DNA of 64,000 bases from Flavobacteriales bacterium (GTDB lineage Bacteria; Bacteroidota; Bacteroidia; Flavobacteriales; Flavobacteriaceae): contig JADHRQ010000003.1 of the NCBI GenBank assembly GCA_016777325.1, positions 20,354-84,353 of the forward strand, read 5' to 3'. Within the stretch, counting starts at the first letter, position 1. Each line of letters begins with the position of its first letter. Shown piece by piece: positions 23,205 through 33,963 of the stretch. The position numbers were made by a program, and so were the translations under genes. Under the pieces are notes generated by a model. The model did no database searches and had not been told where the DNA came from. It saw only the letters and a list, made by a program, of their open reading frames with translations.

Positions 23205-23681
23205 TTAAAATCTGAAATGTGAAAAGGCTTTGTTAGCTTCAGCCATTTTATGAGTATCAACTCTTTTCTTTACAGCAGCTCCTTCTTCTTTTGCAGCAGC
23301 TAATATTTCCTGAGCTAATTTAACAGCCATAGATTTTTCATTTCTCTTTCTTGAAGCTGTAATTAACCATTTCATGGCAATTGAAATTTTTCTATCTGGT
23401 CTTATAGGGGAAGGTATTTGAAAAGTTGCACCACCAACTCTTCTACTTCTTACCTCTACATGAGGCATAACATTAGAAAGGGCATCTTTCCATAATTCAA
23501 GCGAAGTCTTTTCTTCATCACCCTTTTTACTTTCAACTATATCAATAGCATCATAAAAAACTTTATAAGCAGTAGATTTTTTACCCTGTAACATAAGGTT
23601 ATTAACAAATCTAGATACTAATTGATCGTGAAACTTTGGATCAGGAATTAGTGGTCTCTTTTTAGATTGTTTCTTTCTCAT
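23205..23681 (-). CDS. rpsG: 30S ribosomal protein S7
   Basis: 158 aa; C-terminus [11 protein letters not shown]. Confidence 0.98.
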   Translation of the reverse strand: MRKKQSKKRPLIPDPKFHDQLVSRFVNNLMLQGKKSTAYKVFYDAIDIVESKKGDEEKTSLELWKDALSNVMPHVEVRSRRVGGATFQIPSPIRPDRKISIAMKWLITASRKRNEKSMAVKLAQEILAAAKEEGAAVKKRVDTHKMAEANKAFSHFRF

Positions 23682-23688
23682 TTAGGGA

Positions 23689-24063
23689 TTATTTTTTTGG
23701 TTTTTTTCCTCCATACTTGGACCTTCTTTGAAGTCTCCCTTCTACACCAGCTGTGTCAAGCGCTCCTCTAACAATATGGTATCTAACACCAGGAAGATCT
23801 TTTACTCTACCACCGCGAACAAGAACAATTGAGTGTTCCTGAAGGTTATGACCTTCTCCTGGAATGTATGCATTTACTTCTTTACCATTAGTAAGCCTTA
23901 CTCTTGCAACTTTTCTCATTGCAGAGTTTGGTTTCTTAGGAGTAGTAGTGTAAACCCTAGTACAAACACCTCTTTTTTGAGGAGATTTGTTGAGGGCTAC
24001 CGACTTACTCTTCTTAGTCGAAGAAGTCCTTCCTTTTCTTACTAATTGCGATATTGTTGGCAT
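23689..24063 (-). CDS. rpsL: 30S ribosomal protein S12
   Basis: [13 protein letters not shown]-terminus, [34 protein letters not shown], 124 aa. Confidence 0.98.
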   Translation of the reverse strand: MPTISQLVRKGRTSSTKKSKSVALNKSPQKRGVCTRVYTTTPKKPNSAMRKVARVRLTNGKEVNAYIPGEGHNLQEHSIVLVRGGRVKDLPGVRYHIVRGALDTAGVEGRLQRRSKYGGKKPKK

Positions 24064-24095
24064 ACAATAATTTTTATTTTCCGTATTAAAGCGTG

Positions 24096-24103
24096 CAAAT
24101 TTA
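24096..24103 (-). promoter_or_regulatory. Candidate -7 box (TAAATTTGCA) of the str/S10/spc/alpha super-operon
   Basis: The minus strand reads TAAATTTG-CACGC..., 32 nt before the rpsL ATG. It matches the Bacteroidota TAnnTTTG consensus and lies in the only sizeable gap (103 nt) on this side of the ribosomal block. Confidence 0.5.
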
Positions 24104-24166
24104 AAATATATTTTGGTTTTAGTGGTTATAAATTCATGTTTTTTTTAAAAAAAACAATTATAAATC

Positions 24167-25345
24167 TTAACAAATTACGCCTGAGGCAATTAATTGTGTA
24201 TTATCGTATATAGCAACGAATTGACCCGGAGTGATAGCAGATTGAAATTCTTCAAATTCAACATATAAAAACTCTAGATGTTTATGAAGTGATATTTTTT
24301 GAAGCTTTTGCCTATATCTAATTCTTGCAGTAAGATTTAGATCATAAGAATTTTGGTAATTATATTGATCGTTGACCCAATTAATTTCAGATAGTTTAAC
24401 TTTTAAAACCTTTTTTAGTAAACCTGGATGGTCTTTTCCTTCGCCAACAAATATTTCATTTGTTAACGTATTAGTCCCTATTATAAATAAAGGTTCATTA
24501 TAACCTCCAATTGCAAGACCTTTTCTCTGACCAATCGTGAAAAAGTGTGCACCCTGGTGCTGACCTATAATTTTACCATCTAAGGTTTTATAATCAATAT
24601 GCCTAGATAAATTAGACAATCTCTTATAATTATTACTTTCATTAGAGTATTGATTGAAAACTTTAGAATTAGCTAAAATCTCTATAACATTTCCAGTTTT
24701 TTTCTTTAGCTTCTGCTGAAGAAAATCTGGAAGACTAACTTTACCAACAAAACAAAGTCCTTGTGAGTCTTTTTTTTCTGCTGTTACAAGATTATTTGTT
24801 TTTGCGATCTCTCGAACCTCAGATTTTTTCAAATTTCCTATTGGAAATAATACCTTATCCAGATGTTTTTGATTTAATTGACACAAAAAATAAGATTGAT
24901 CCTTTGTCTCATCAAGACCTGAATGTAATTGATATGAATTGTTATTCTGGATAACTTTACTATAGTGTCCAGTTGCAACATAATCTGCACCCAATGAAAG
25001 TGCTATATCCATAAATACATCAAATTTTATTTCTCTATTACATAAAATATCAGGGTTAGGAGTATTTCCTTTTGAATACTCGTCAAACATATAATCTATA
25101 ATTTTATCCTTGTATTGTTTACTTAAATCTACAGTTTGAAAGGGTATATTAAGCTTTTCAGCAACTAACATGGCGTCATTACTGTCTTCTAACCATGGGC
25201 ATTCATCTGAAATAGTTACATTTTCATCATGCCAATTTTTCATGAATAATCCAATTATTTCAAAACCTTGTTCCTTAAGTAGAAATGCTGCAACACTTGA
25301 ATCAACACCGCCAGACAGGGCGACAACTACTTTATTATTTTTCAT
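24167..25345 (-). CDS. mnmA: tRNA 2-thiouridine(34) synthase
   Basis: 392 aa; PP-loop [15 protein letters not shown] and a MnmA-type C-terminal barrel. Confidence 0.93.
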   Translation of the reverse strand: MKNNKVVVALSGGVDSSVAAFLLKEQGFEIIGLFMKNWHDENVTISDECPWLEDSNDAMLVAEKLNIPFQTVDLSKQYKDKIIDYMFDEYSKGNTPNPDILCNREIKFDVFMDIALSLGADYVATGHYSKVIQNNNSYQLHSGLDETKDQSYFLCQLNQKHLDKVLFPIGNLKKSEVREIAKTNNLVTAEKKDSQGLCFVGKVSLPDFLQQKLKKKTGNVIEILANSKVFNQYSNESNNYKRLSNLSRHIDYKTLDGKIIGQHQGAHFFTIGQRKGLAIGGYNEPLFIIGTNTLTNEIFVGEGKDHPGLLKKVLKVKLSEINWVNDQYNYQNSYDLNLTARIRYRQKLQKISLHKHLEFLYVEFEEFQSAITPGQFVAIYDNTQLIASGVIC

Positions 25346-25350
25346 GAAAA

Positions 25351-27144
25351 TTACTTACCTCTACTTTTCTTTTGTTTTTCTGCTTCTTCTAGAGCTTTTT
25401 GAAGTCTTGCTCTAAACCCACCTACTTTTACAGGTTTCTTTTTATTTTCCTCAATTTCAGTCAAAATTTTATTGTCATCTATTATAAAGTTCTTGATAAT
25501 TAGCATTAGAATAATTGTAAGAACATTGGAAACAAAGTAATACAGACTCAAGCCACTAGCATAATTATTGAAGAAAAACAACATCATTAATGGCATCATG
25601 TACATTATCAATTTCATGTTAACACCACCAGTTTGGGAAGCTGACATCATCTGATCACCTGTAGTCATTTTAGTGTAGAAAAATATTGCTATAGATGCTA
25701 AAATTGGAAAAAGACTTACATGATCTCCGTATAGAGGTATGTAAAATCCTAGTTCTAATATAGAATCATAGGATGATAGATCATCTGCCCATAAAAAACT
25801 CTTTTGTCTAAGAGAAAAGGCTACTGGGAAAAAAGTAAACAATGCAAAAAACAATGGCATCTGTAAAAGTGCAGGTAAACAACCTGACATAGGATTAGCT
25901 CCAGACTTAGTGTATAAATTCATAGTCTCCTTTTGCTTTTTCATTGGATCATCCTTAAATTTTTCATTTATAACTTGAAGCTCAGGTTTTAAAATTTTCA
26001 TTTTTATCTGAGACAAGTATGACTTATAGGTAAGAGGCGAAATTGCTATTTTCACAATTATTGTCATTATTATAATTGCTATACCATATGAAAAGTAATT
26101 TGTTAAAAATGAAAATAGAGGAAAGAATACAAATCTATTTAACCACCCAAAAATTCCCCAGCCTATAGGAACTGAATTTTCAAGATTAAGATTATAATCT
26201 TTTAATAGTTCATAATCAGTAGGCCCAAAATACATACTGTAACTAAGGGTATTATTAGAAGTAAGATTAAGAGGTACATTCGCAGAAAACCTCTTGGTGA
26301 AAATGTTATTTAAGGTTTCATTACTTGCTAAATCTTCTGAACTAATTTCTACATCATTTGATTGATTATCTAAAATAAGAATTGAACTAAAAAAATGTTC
26401 TCTAAATGATATCCAATTAACATTGTTAATATTTTTATTTTTTGTTCCAGCTACAGATAAATATGAATCTTTTTCATCTTCAAATCCATAAGAAAGTGCA
26501 GTATATCTATTTTCATAATCTATACTTTTAGAATTTCTAAAAGAATCTTTTTTCCAAATTAATTCAACTCCATCTGAATTTAAAATATTATTAAAATCAT
26601 TTAATTTTAAATCAAAATCGATTATACTTGAATCCTCTTCGAGAGTAAAAGTTAATTCAAGTGATCTTTTATCATCAATTTCTGTAATTAATTTAATTTT
26701 TGATTTATCTCTTATTATTTCAGCAGTATAAACTAAATCTCCTGTATTAATTATTGAGTTTCTACCATTTGGAATATTATAACTAAAAACAGATTTATTA
26801 TTATTAACTAAGAATAATGGCTCATCATTATAATTAATAAAATTTTTAAGCAATAGTTTATTAATATTAGCACCATCTGTACTTATTTCAAATAAAATAT
26901 TTTCATTCTCTAAAGTAATTATTTCCTCTACAAAGTTTTCATCTAAGTTTAACTCATTAGAGTTTTCCTCATAATTATTCAAATTGATAGAATTATCATT
27001 TACTTGATCTAGAACATCTTCAACAGCAATATCTTGTTGGTTTTCAATAATATTTGATTGGTTGTCGTAAAACCAAAACATTAGTATTACTGAAATAAGT
27101 AAAAAACCAATAAACTGAAGAGGATCAAACTTATTTTGCTCCAT
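25351..27144 (-). CDS. yidC: Membrane protein insertase YidC
   Basis: 597 aa. One N-terminal TM, a large periplasmic domain, then the conserved 5-TM core ([19 protein letters not shown]). This is the long form typical of Bacteroidota. Confidence 0.93.
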   Translation of the reverse strand: MEQNKFDPLQFIGFLLISVILMFWFYDNQSNIIENQQDIAVEDVLDQVNDNSINLNNYEENSNELNLDENFVEEIITLENENILFEISTDGANINKLLLKNFINYNDEPLFLVNNNKSVFSYNIPNGRNSIINTGDLVYTAEIIRDKSKIKLITEIDDKRSLELTFTLEEDSSIIDFDLKLNDFNNILNSDGVELIWKKDSFRNSKSIDYENRYTALSYGFEDEKDSYLSVAGTKNKNINNVNWISFREHFFSSILILDNQSNDVEISSEDLASNETLNNIFTKRFSANVPLNLTSNNTLSYSMYFGPTDYELLKDYNLNLENSVPIGWGIFGWLNRFVFFPLFSFLTNYFSYGIAIIIMTIIVKIAISPLTYKSYLSQIKMKILKPELQVINEKFKDDPMKKQKETMNLYTKSGANPMSGCLPALLQMPLFFALFTFFPVAFSLRQKSFLWADDLSSYDSILELGFYIPLYGDHVSLFPILASIAIFFYTKMTTGDQMMSASQTGGVNMKLIMYMMPLMMLFFFNNYASGLSLYYFVSNVLTIILMLIIKNFIIDDNKILTEIEENKKKPVKVGGFRARLQKALEEAEKQKKSRGK

Positions 27145-27146
27145 AG

Positions 27147-28760
27147 TTATTTATTTAAATATTTTTTTAGACTAGCTTTTACAAAGTTTACAAAAATTGG
27201 ATGAGGATTATATACTGAACTCTTATATTCTGGATGAAATTGAACTCCAACAAACCATGGATGATCAATATTTTCTATAATTTCAACAAGCTTTGTGTCA
27301 GGATTAAATCCAGCTACAATAAATTTATCATCAAATATTTTTTTAGAATATTCATTATTAAATTCATATCTGTGTCTGTGTCTTTCTGAAATTAATTTTT
27401 TCTTATAGACTTTATATGATATTGTTTTTTTGATTAATTCACAGTCCCATGCTCCAAGTCTCATTGTTCCACCCATATCTACAATTTCTTTCTGAGAAGT
27501 CATCAAGTCTATAACGGGATCTTTACATTTTTCCGATATCTCAGTAGAATTAGCATACCTTATCTTCTTAACATTTCTAGCATATTCTATAACGGCCATT
27601 TGCATTCCAAGACAAATTCCTAAAAATGGAATCTTATTAACTCTCGCATATTCAACTGCTAGTATTTTTCCATCTAAACCCCTCTGACCGAATCCAGGAG
27701 CAACAATTATTCCATCGAGATCATTGAGATTTTTTCTAATATTTTCTTTATCGATATATTCGGAATGAATTGATTTGACATTAACTCTTACCTCATTTTC
27801 TGTTCCTGCATGAATAAGTGATTCTAGGATAGACTTGTAGGAATCATTTAGCTCAACATATTTTCCAATTAAACCAATATTAATCTGATGATTAGGGTTC
27901 TTAAGTTTATGAAGAAAGTTTTTCCATTTATCAAGGTTAGGTTCAGTTTCCTTAATTTTAAATTTCTCTAAGGTTACTTTATCTAGGCCTTCATCCATCA
28001 TTTTTATAGGAACATCATAAATAGTCTCTACGTCAATTGATTGAATTACACAATTAAACTTAACATTACAAAATAGTGCAAGTTTATTTTTTATTTCATC
28101 TGATAATTCTCTTTCTGTTCTACAAACTAAAACATCTGCTTTCAATCCGAGTTCCATTAAAGTTTTAACAGAGTGTTGAGTGGGTTTTGTCTTAAGCTCC
28201 CCAGTAGCAGATAAAAAAGGTATTAATGTTAAATGGATTACCATTGAATTTTCTGGCCCTTCTTCATAAATTACTTGCCTTACTGCTTCTAGGAAAGGTA
28301 GAGATTCAATATCTCCAACAGTTCCTCCAATCTCAGTAATTATTATATCTAAATTATTTTTATGATTTAGGTTTCTAATATTTTCCTTTATTTCATTAGT
28401 AATGTGAGGAATAACCTGAACAGTTTTACCAAGAAATTCTCCTTTTCTTTCTTTCTCTATTACGTTCTGGTATATTTTACCAGTTGTCACATTATTTCTT
28501 TGAGAAGTATTTACGCTTAAAAATCTTTCATAATGACCCAAATCTAAATCAGTTTCAGCTCCATCATCAGTAACATAACACTCACCGTGTTCATAAGGGT
28601 TCAATGTTCCAGGGTCAACATTAATATATGGGTCTAATTTTTGAATACCAACATTTAGCCCTTGAGCCTGAAGTAATCTTGCTAAAGAAGCTGAAATAAT
28701 GCCTTTACCTAATGATGATGTAACACCACCTGTAACAAAAATATATTTTGGTTTATTCAT
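27147..28760 (-). CDS. pyrG: CTP synthase
   Basis: 537 aa; KYIFVTGGVTSSLGKGI N-terminus and amidotransferase motifs GICLGMQ and QFHPE. Confidence 0.97.
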   Translation of the reverse strand: MNKPKYIFVTGGVTSSLGKGIISASLARLLQAQGLNVGIQKLDPYINVDPGTLNPYEHGECYVTDDGAETDLDLGHYERFLSVNTSQRNNVTTGKIYQNVIEKERKGEFLGKTVQVIPHITNEIKENIRNLNHKNNLDIIITEIGGTVGDIESLPFLEAVRQVIYEEGPENSMVIHLTLIPFLSATGELKTKPTQHSVKTLMELGLKADVLVCRTERELSDEIKNKLALFCNVKFNCVIQSIDVETIYDVPIKMMDEGLDKVTLEKFKIKETEPNLDKWKNFLHKLKNPNHQINIGLIGKYVELNDSYKSILESLIHAGTENEVRVNVKSIHSEYIDKENIRKNLNDLDGIIVAPGFGQRGLDGKILAVEYARVNKIPFLGICLGMQMAVIEYARNVKKIRYANSTEISEKCKDPVIDLMTSQKEIVDMGGTMRLGAWDCELIKKTISYKVYKKKLISERHRHRYEFNNEYSKKIFDDKFIVAGFNPDTKLVEIIENIDHPWFVGVQFHPEYKSSVYNPHPIFVNFVKASLKKYLNK

Positions 28761-28785
28761 CCGGATAGAATATTATTTCCGGACT

Positions 28786-28793
28786 CAAATTTA
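28786..28793 (-). promoter_or_regulatory. Candidate -7 box (TAAATTTG) for pyrG-yidC-mnmA
   Basis: The minus strand reads TG-TAAATTTG-AGTCCGGAAATAATATTCTATCCGG-ATG, 25 nt before the pyrG start, within a 60-nt gap. Confidence 0.45.
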
Positions 28794-28820
28794 CAAAATA
28801 TTAAAGTATAATGTAATTTA

Positions 28821-30212
28821 TTAATCAATAATCTCCTCAATGCCATAATCTTTATGCATTAGAATAAACATAGAAGAGTTATATAAACCTCCCAAGGTAT
28901 CTTTTTTATATAAAAATTTAGATTCAGTGTAAATTTGTTCATCATACTTAACAGTTTTATTTAGATTATTATCAATTAAAACCCTTAGTAAAATATCTTT
29001 AGTTACATCATAACCTCTAATAATATCCTTATTGGGAAAGCTTCCAAAAGAACTAATGTAATTGCTTTCAAAATTTGAAATCGAGTCATTATTAATTTTT
29101 TTGGAAATAGAACTATAAGTAAATCCTAAGTTTCCAAGATCCTTAATATTTATGCTTGGATCATCAAATTGATTTCCTCTATATGTTGTATAAAGTCTAA
29201 CATCACGTTCAGATGTTATTTGAGAATTGAGTTGAGAAACAACACTTGAAATCAAAGTGAATATTTCAGATTCAATTATTACTTTGTTTGGAATTGAATC
29301 CACTAAAAGTGAATCAAGAAGCTCAGGAAGAATATAACCCTCAAACTCTGGTTTTATTTTAATTGAATTAGGAAAAATATTAGTTAGTCTACTTTCAATT
29401 TCTTGATTTAAAGAGTCAGCTATAATTACAATGTTTTCTTCTTTATTAATATTTTCATCTAAATATTTTAACATTCTATCTCTTAAAAGTTTTCTTGGAG
29501 TCACTGTTTGAACCACGCCTTTAATAATATTAATAGGAATTGTGGATAATGGAAAAACTTTAGGAATAGCATTTAAAAATTCAAGGTTAGAAAAAGTTTC
29601 AAAATTTCTTGGAATTATTGGACCAATTATAACATCTGAATTGGTAATATTTTCATTATTAGATATCTGTAATATTTTATTTCTAGAATTTTCAGTATCA
29701 AAAACATTAACATTAAATGAAAGGTTTAATTTTTTTAAATCTTCTATTGCAAATAAAAAACCAGAGTAAAAATCTAACGCTATAGTATAAAGATTCCTAT
29801 CTTCAAATAAAGATTCCACTTCTTTAATTGAATCATAATTTATTAATGCTGATCTAAAAGGAAGTAAAACAGAAACATTCAATTGATCATTTTTTTTTCT
29901 TTTTTTTGAATAAATTGAATCTAGTGTCAAAATTGATTTAGATAATCTTAGTGAATCCAACTTAATTGGCTGAATCTCTTGTATAGATGTAAAAACTGGA
30001 ATTAAAATAATTGACCTCCTTCTTAATCTAGAATCTCTAAGCTCCGGATTCAATTCTAATATATCATTAATATCTATGTCATATTTTTGTGAAATTGAAA
30101 AAAGTGTCTCTTTTCTCTCAACTGAATGAGAAATTGTATCAGAAATAATATTTTGGGAAAATATTACCTGATTAATCGATATAACTAATATCCATAAATT
30201 GAGCTTCTTCAT
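28821..30212 (-). CDS. Secreted LysM-domain protein with a periplasmic-binding-protein-like C-terminal region
   Basis: N-terminal signal-like segment and a LysM motif (HSVERKETLFSISQKYDIDINDILELNP). The remaining ~380 aa is alpha/beta-like. The function assignment is generic. Confidence 0.6.
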   Translation of the reverse strand: MKKLNLWILVISINQVIFSQNIISDTISHSVERKETLFSISQKYDIDINDILELNPELRDSRLRRRSIILIPVFTSIQEIQPIKLDSLRLSKSILTLDSIYSKKRKKNDQLNVSVLLPFRSALINYDSIKEVESLFEDRNLYTIALDFYSGFLFAIEDLKKLNLSFNVNVFDTENSRNKILQISNNENITNSDVIIGPIIPRNFETFSNLEFLNAIPKVFPLSTIPINIIKGVVQTVTPRKLLRDRMLKYLDENINKEENIVIIADSLNQEIESRLTNIFPNSIKIKPEFEGYILPELLDSLLVDSIPNKVIIESEIFTLISSVVSQLNSQITSERDVRLYTTYRGNQFDDPSINIKDLGNLGFTYSSISKKINNDSISNFESNYISSFGSFPNKDIIRGYDVTKDILLRVLIDNNLNKTVKYDEQIYTESKFLYKKDTLGGLYNSSMFILMHKDYGIEEIID

Positions 30213-30746
30213 TTACTTTTGTTTTTCAAGTTTCCATCTCTCATAATCCTCATTATTAACAATATAGGACCAATGTAATAAAGACTGTTGAATTCTAGGT
30301 GAAATAGTTTTTGAATTTTCAATTTTGAATCCCGATTTAAATATTTTATTATAGATAGAATTTCTGAACCTTCCTTTTGGGCCACAGAATGCAAGCCATC
30401 TTTTTATTTGTCTTTCATCATCTTCATGACGTCTACCAGAAAAATACTTACAATACCATTCGAACCACCCCCTAGGGTCATCTGTGTGAATCCACCCTTT
30501 AGCTTCCCATTCCTCTTGTGATTGTCCTGACTTAATTTTAAAATAATTAATCTCTTTATTATAATTCTTTGATAAAAAATAACTTTTATCCAAATCTAAA
30601 AACCATTCCTTTGGGAAAATTCTGTAGTCAACAAGTTGATTAAAATAAGTACCTCCAAATATACCTTTATGAAGCATTTTTTTTGGAGTTAACATTGGTT
30701 TAAATGAACTATATAGTTCTTCCATATTTATTTTATTCCCATTCAA
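30213..30746 (-). CDS. Conserved-looking hypothetical protein (family not recognised)
   Basis: 177-aa ORF filling the whole space between guaA and the LysM gene. Its start overlaps the guaA stop by 14 nt (alternative ATG at 30725). It is soluble and Trp/Arg-rich, with the motif [34 protein letters not shown]. Confidence 0.6.
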   Translation of the reverse strand: MNGNKINMEELYSSFKPMLTPKKMLHKGIFGGTYFNQLVDYRIFPKEWFLDLDKSYFLSKNYNKEINYFKIKSGQSQEEWEAKGWIHTDDPRGWFEWYCKYFSGRRHEDDERQIKRWLAFCGPKGRFRNSIYNKIFKSGFKIENSKTISPRIQQSLLHWSYIVNNEDYERWKLEKQK

Positions 30747-32268
30747 TTGTCGCAGGAGGTTTCGAACTTATATCATAAACAACTCTATTAATTCCTTTAA
30801 CTTTATTAATTATATTATTTGAGACTTCTTTTAAGAAATCATTTGGGAATTCATACCAATCAGCAGTCATTCCATCTGTTGAAACTACCGCCCTTAATGC
30901 AACACATCTCTCATATGTTCTTTCATCTCCCATTACACCAACACTTTTTACAGGAAGTAATATAGAGCCTGCTTGCCAAATTTTATCATATAAATCCCAT
31001 TGTTTTAGTCCGTCAATATAAATTTTATCAGCCTCTTGAATTAGTTTGACACTATCAAAATCAACTTCCCCAAGAATTCTTATACCAAGACCAGGGCCAG
31101 GAAAAGGGTGTCTGTTTAAAATATCTGGATACATATTTAGTGACTTACCTATCCTCCTTACTTCATCTTTAAAGAGCATTTTCAGTGGTTCAACTACTTT
31201 GAGATTCATTTTTTCAGGAAGTCCCCCAACATTATGATGAGATTTAATTGTTGCAGAAGGCCCCTTGACTGATATAGACTCTATTACATCTGGATAAATT
31301 GTTCCTTGAGCTAACCACTTTGCATTTTCAATTTTCTTAGATTCTTCCTCAAAAACCTTTACAAATGTATTACCTATTATTTTTCTCTTTTTTTCTGGAT
31401 CTGTAACTCCATGTAGAGATTCTATAAATAATTTTGATGAGTCTACTCCTTTAACATTTAGACCCATTCCTGTGTATTGTTCTAGAACTTCTTCATATTC
31501 GTTTTTTCTTAAGAGACCATTGTTTACAAATACACAAAATAAGTTGTCTCCAATTGCTTTATCTAAAAGTACAGCTGCTACGCTTGAGTCAACTCCACCT
31601 GATAAACCTAATATAACTTTGTCATCTTTAAGCTGAGCCTTAAGATCAGAAACAGTTCTATCTATAAAAGATTCTGGATTCCATTCTTTTATAAATTTAA
31701 ATTCATTAATAAAAAAGTTTTCAAAAATTTTCAATCCATTTTCTGAATGGAAAACTTCTGGATGAAACTGAAGAGCATACAAATTAAGAGACTCAATACA
31801 ATAAGCTGCATTCTTAACAGAGTCTGTACTTGCAATAAGCTTTGCTCCATCTGGAAGAGAAGTTATAGTGTCTCCATGGCTCATCCAAACTTGATTATTA
31901 GTTTTAATACTCTTAAATAACTTACATTCACTATCAATGAAAGATAGTCTTGCTCTTCCATATTCCCTTGAATTTGAATTTTCCACATTTCCATTTAAAC
32001 TTTTTGCAATTAATTGAGCTCCATAACAAATTGCGATAACAGGTTTTTGCCCCAAAAAACTTTCAAGATTTATTCGGGGTGAGTCTTTTTGATTTACAGA
32101 GAAAGGTGAGCCAGATAAAACAACTGCCTTGAACTGGTCTAGATTTTCAGGAATATTATTAAATGGTGAGATTTCACAGTATATAAATAACTCTCTAATT
32201 CTTCTTGCTATTAGTTGAGTGTATTGAGATCCAAAATCAATTATTAAGACTTTATTCTGCATGGGCAA
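30733..32268 (-). CDS. guaA: GMP synthase (glutamine-hydrolysing)
   Basis: 511 aa; GATase AICYGAQ and QFHPE, PP-loop [13 protein letters not shown]-terminus PPATIEWE. Confidence 0.97.
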   Translation of the reverse strand: MPMQNKVLIIDFGSQYTQLIARRIRELFIYCEISPFNNIPENLDQFKAVVLSGSPFSVNQKDSPRINLESFLGQKPVIAICYGAQLIAKSLNGNVENSNSREYGRARLSFIDSECKLFKSIKTNNQVWMSHGDTITSLPDGAKLIASTDSVKNAAYCIESLNLYALQFHPEVFHSENGLKIFENFFINEFKFIKEWNPESFIDRTVSDLKAQLKDDKVILGLSGGVDSSVAAVLLDKAIGDNLFCVFVNNGLLRKNEYEEVLEQYTGMGLNVKGVDSSKLFIESLHGVTDPEKKRKIIGNTFVKVFEEESKKIENAKWLAQGTIYPDVIESISVKGPSATIKSHHNVGGLPEKMNLKVVEPLKMLFKDEVRRIGKSLNMYPDILNRHPFPGPGLGIRILGEVDFDSVKLIQEADKIYIDGLKQWDLYDKIWQAGSILLPVKSVGVMGDERTYERCVALRAVVSTDGMTADWYEFPNDFLKEVSNNIINKVKGINRVVYDISSKPPATIEWE

Positions 32269-32283
32269 AAATACAATTATAAA

Positions 32284-33891
32284 TTAATCTTCAAGATTTA
32301 TAACTAATATTTTATCATCTGAAATAGGTACTTTATCTATTATATAATCAATTAACTCTTGACCCTTAAACGAATAAAAATTACCAAAGTTTAAATATCT
32401 TTCTTGATCGATACCTTTAGGATGAATAGATTCATAGATATTTTTGATATTATTTAATTCAGTTTCGTGATTTTTCTGTTCAGCTTTTTTTAATTTTTTT
32501 TCAAGATCAGTCAAGCCTTTAATTTGCTTTTTTTCTTGAGCATTTAATGCACCAATAAATGATTCATTTGTCTTAATTGAAACTCTTCTCAAGTCATCAA
32601 ATTGATTAGACAAAGTGTTCTTTAGAGAATCGAAATTTAGTTTTAATTTAGATAGGCTGTTAATTTTAAAATTAATTAAATCATCTAACTTCCCCATAAA
32701 ATATTTGATTTCGACATCACTCTTAGTTATTTTTTTTGAGATTTTTTTGTCTAAAATATATGCAGAATGCCTAAGTTTTAATATTGGAAATTGAATATTA
32801 TTGTTTTCAAAATAAGTCTTTAGCTGCATCCAGTATTTCAATTCGTTTGGACCTCCTACATAACAAATATTTGGCAGAATTTTCTCTTGATATAATGGTC
32901 TCATTAAAACATTTGGAGAGAAAAACTCTGGATTAGATTCAATTTGATTAATTATTTGATCCGAAGTATATTCTTTTTCATCATCAACAATAAATAGGTT
33001 TTCTTTCTTTCTAATTCTTTTTCTTCCATTTTTAGTAAACTTAAAAAAATTTATATCTGAAGGATTAACCTGTGGTTTATATGACTTAAAGTTATTTTGA
33101 ATATTGTTAATTTGATCTTCTGAGTCAACTTTACATGTTGAATATAAAATCTCATTTTTAAATTGTTCTGAAAATAATTCCTTAAAAGCCTTTTTATTAG
33201 AGTCAATAATTATGAGCCCATGTTTACTAAATAATGAATCTATAAATTTTATAGTAGCAGTGGATAGACTATCTGAATAAGTGTAGGACGAGTCAATTAA
33301 ACTTTCCAATAAATCTTTAAATTCAAAATCAATTATACAATCTTTATAAGATCGTATCACTTCTTCAAAACCATCTAACTTGATTTTACCTACAGGGGAG
33401 TCTTTAGAATCAAGATTCCAAATAACACTATTATTTTCAAAATTTACCTCTGATATTTCATCAAAATCATGATCCTCACTAGCTATCCAAAAGACAGGAA
33501 CATATTTAAAGTCATTAATCTTAGAATTTAAGTAATTAGCTATTGAAATTACCTGAGCAATTTTGTATAAAACCATTAATGGTCCAGAGAATATATTAAG
33601 CTGGTGACCTGTTGTTATTGATAAAGTGTTAGAATCAGATAATGATTGAATATTTTTTGAGGTTTTATCTGAAGTTTGTAAATCTGAATATTGCTTATTT
33701 AACTCTTTAACTAAGACTTTTCTTTTATCTGCTGTGAATAGATTCTTTTTATTTTCAGAATGATTTATAATATTTTCTTCACTAAAAAATGAATTAACAT
33801 ATTTAGAAGCTTTGACATCTTGTAGAATAAATTTTTCTATAAGTTCATCCCCTAATAGACTAAGGTCTCTTTTGATGTTTTGACTTCTCAT
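32284..33891 (-). CDS. bshC: Bacillithiol biosynthesis cysteine-adding enzyme BshC
   Basis: 535 aa; the conserved YVGGPNELKYWMQL motif and a coiled-coil C-terminal region are typical of BshC. Confidence 0.75.
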   Translation of the reverse strand: MRSQNIKRDLSLLGDELIEKFILQDVKASKYVNSFFSEENIINHSENKKNLFTADKRKVLVKELNKQYSDLQTSDKTSKNIQSLSDSNTLSITTGHQLNIFSGPLMVLYKIAQVISIANYLNSKINDFKYVPVFWIASEDHDFDEISEVNFENNSVIWNLDSKDSPVGKIKLDGFEEVIRSYKDCIIDFEFKDLLESLIDSSYTYSDSLSTATIKFIDSLFSKHGLIIIDSNKKAFKELFSEQFKNEILYSTCKVDSEDQINNIQNNFKSYKPQVNPSDINFFKFTKNGRKRIRKKENLFIVDDEKEYTSDQIINQIESNPEFFSPNVLMRPLYQEKILPNICYVGGPNELKYWMQLKTYFENNNIQFPILKLRHSAYILDKKISKKITKSDVEIKYFMGKLDDLINFKINSLSKLKLNFDSLKNTLSNQFDDLRRVSIKTNESFIGALNAQEKKQIKGLTDLEKKLKKAEQKNHETELNNIKNIYESIHPKGIDQERYLNFGNFYSFKGQELIDYIIDKVPISDDKILVINLED

Positions 33892-33963
33892 TACTTAATT
33901 TTTGTAAATATATCTGAATTTTTGAAAATTGAGTGTAACTTAGTATAAACTAACATATTTATC

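Noticed and set aside
24138-24155. Perfect 18-bp palindrome G-T8-A8-C between the mnmA stop and the rpsL promoter box
   Set aside because: It is a homopolymer A/T tract that would form only a very weak all-A:U hairpin. In DNA this A/T-rich it is best treated as low-complexity spacer, though it could contribute to termination after mnmA.
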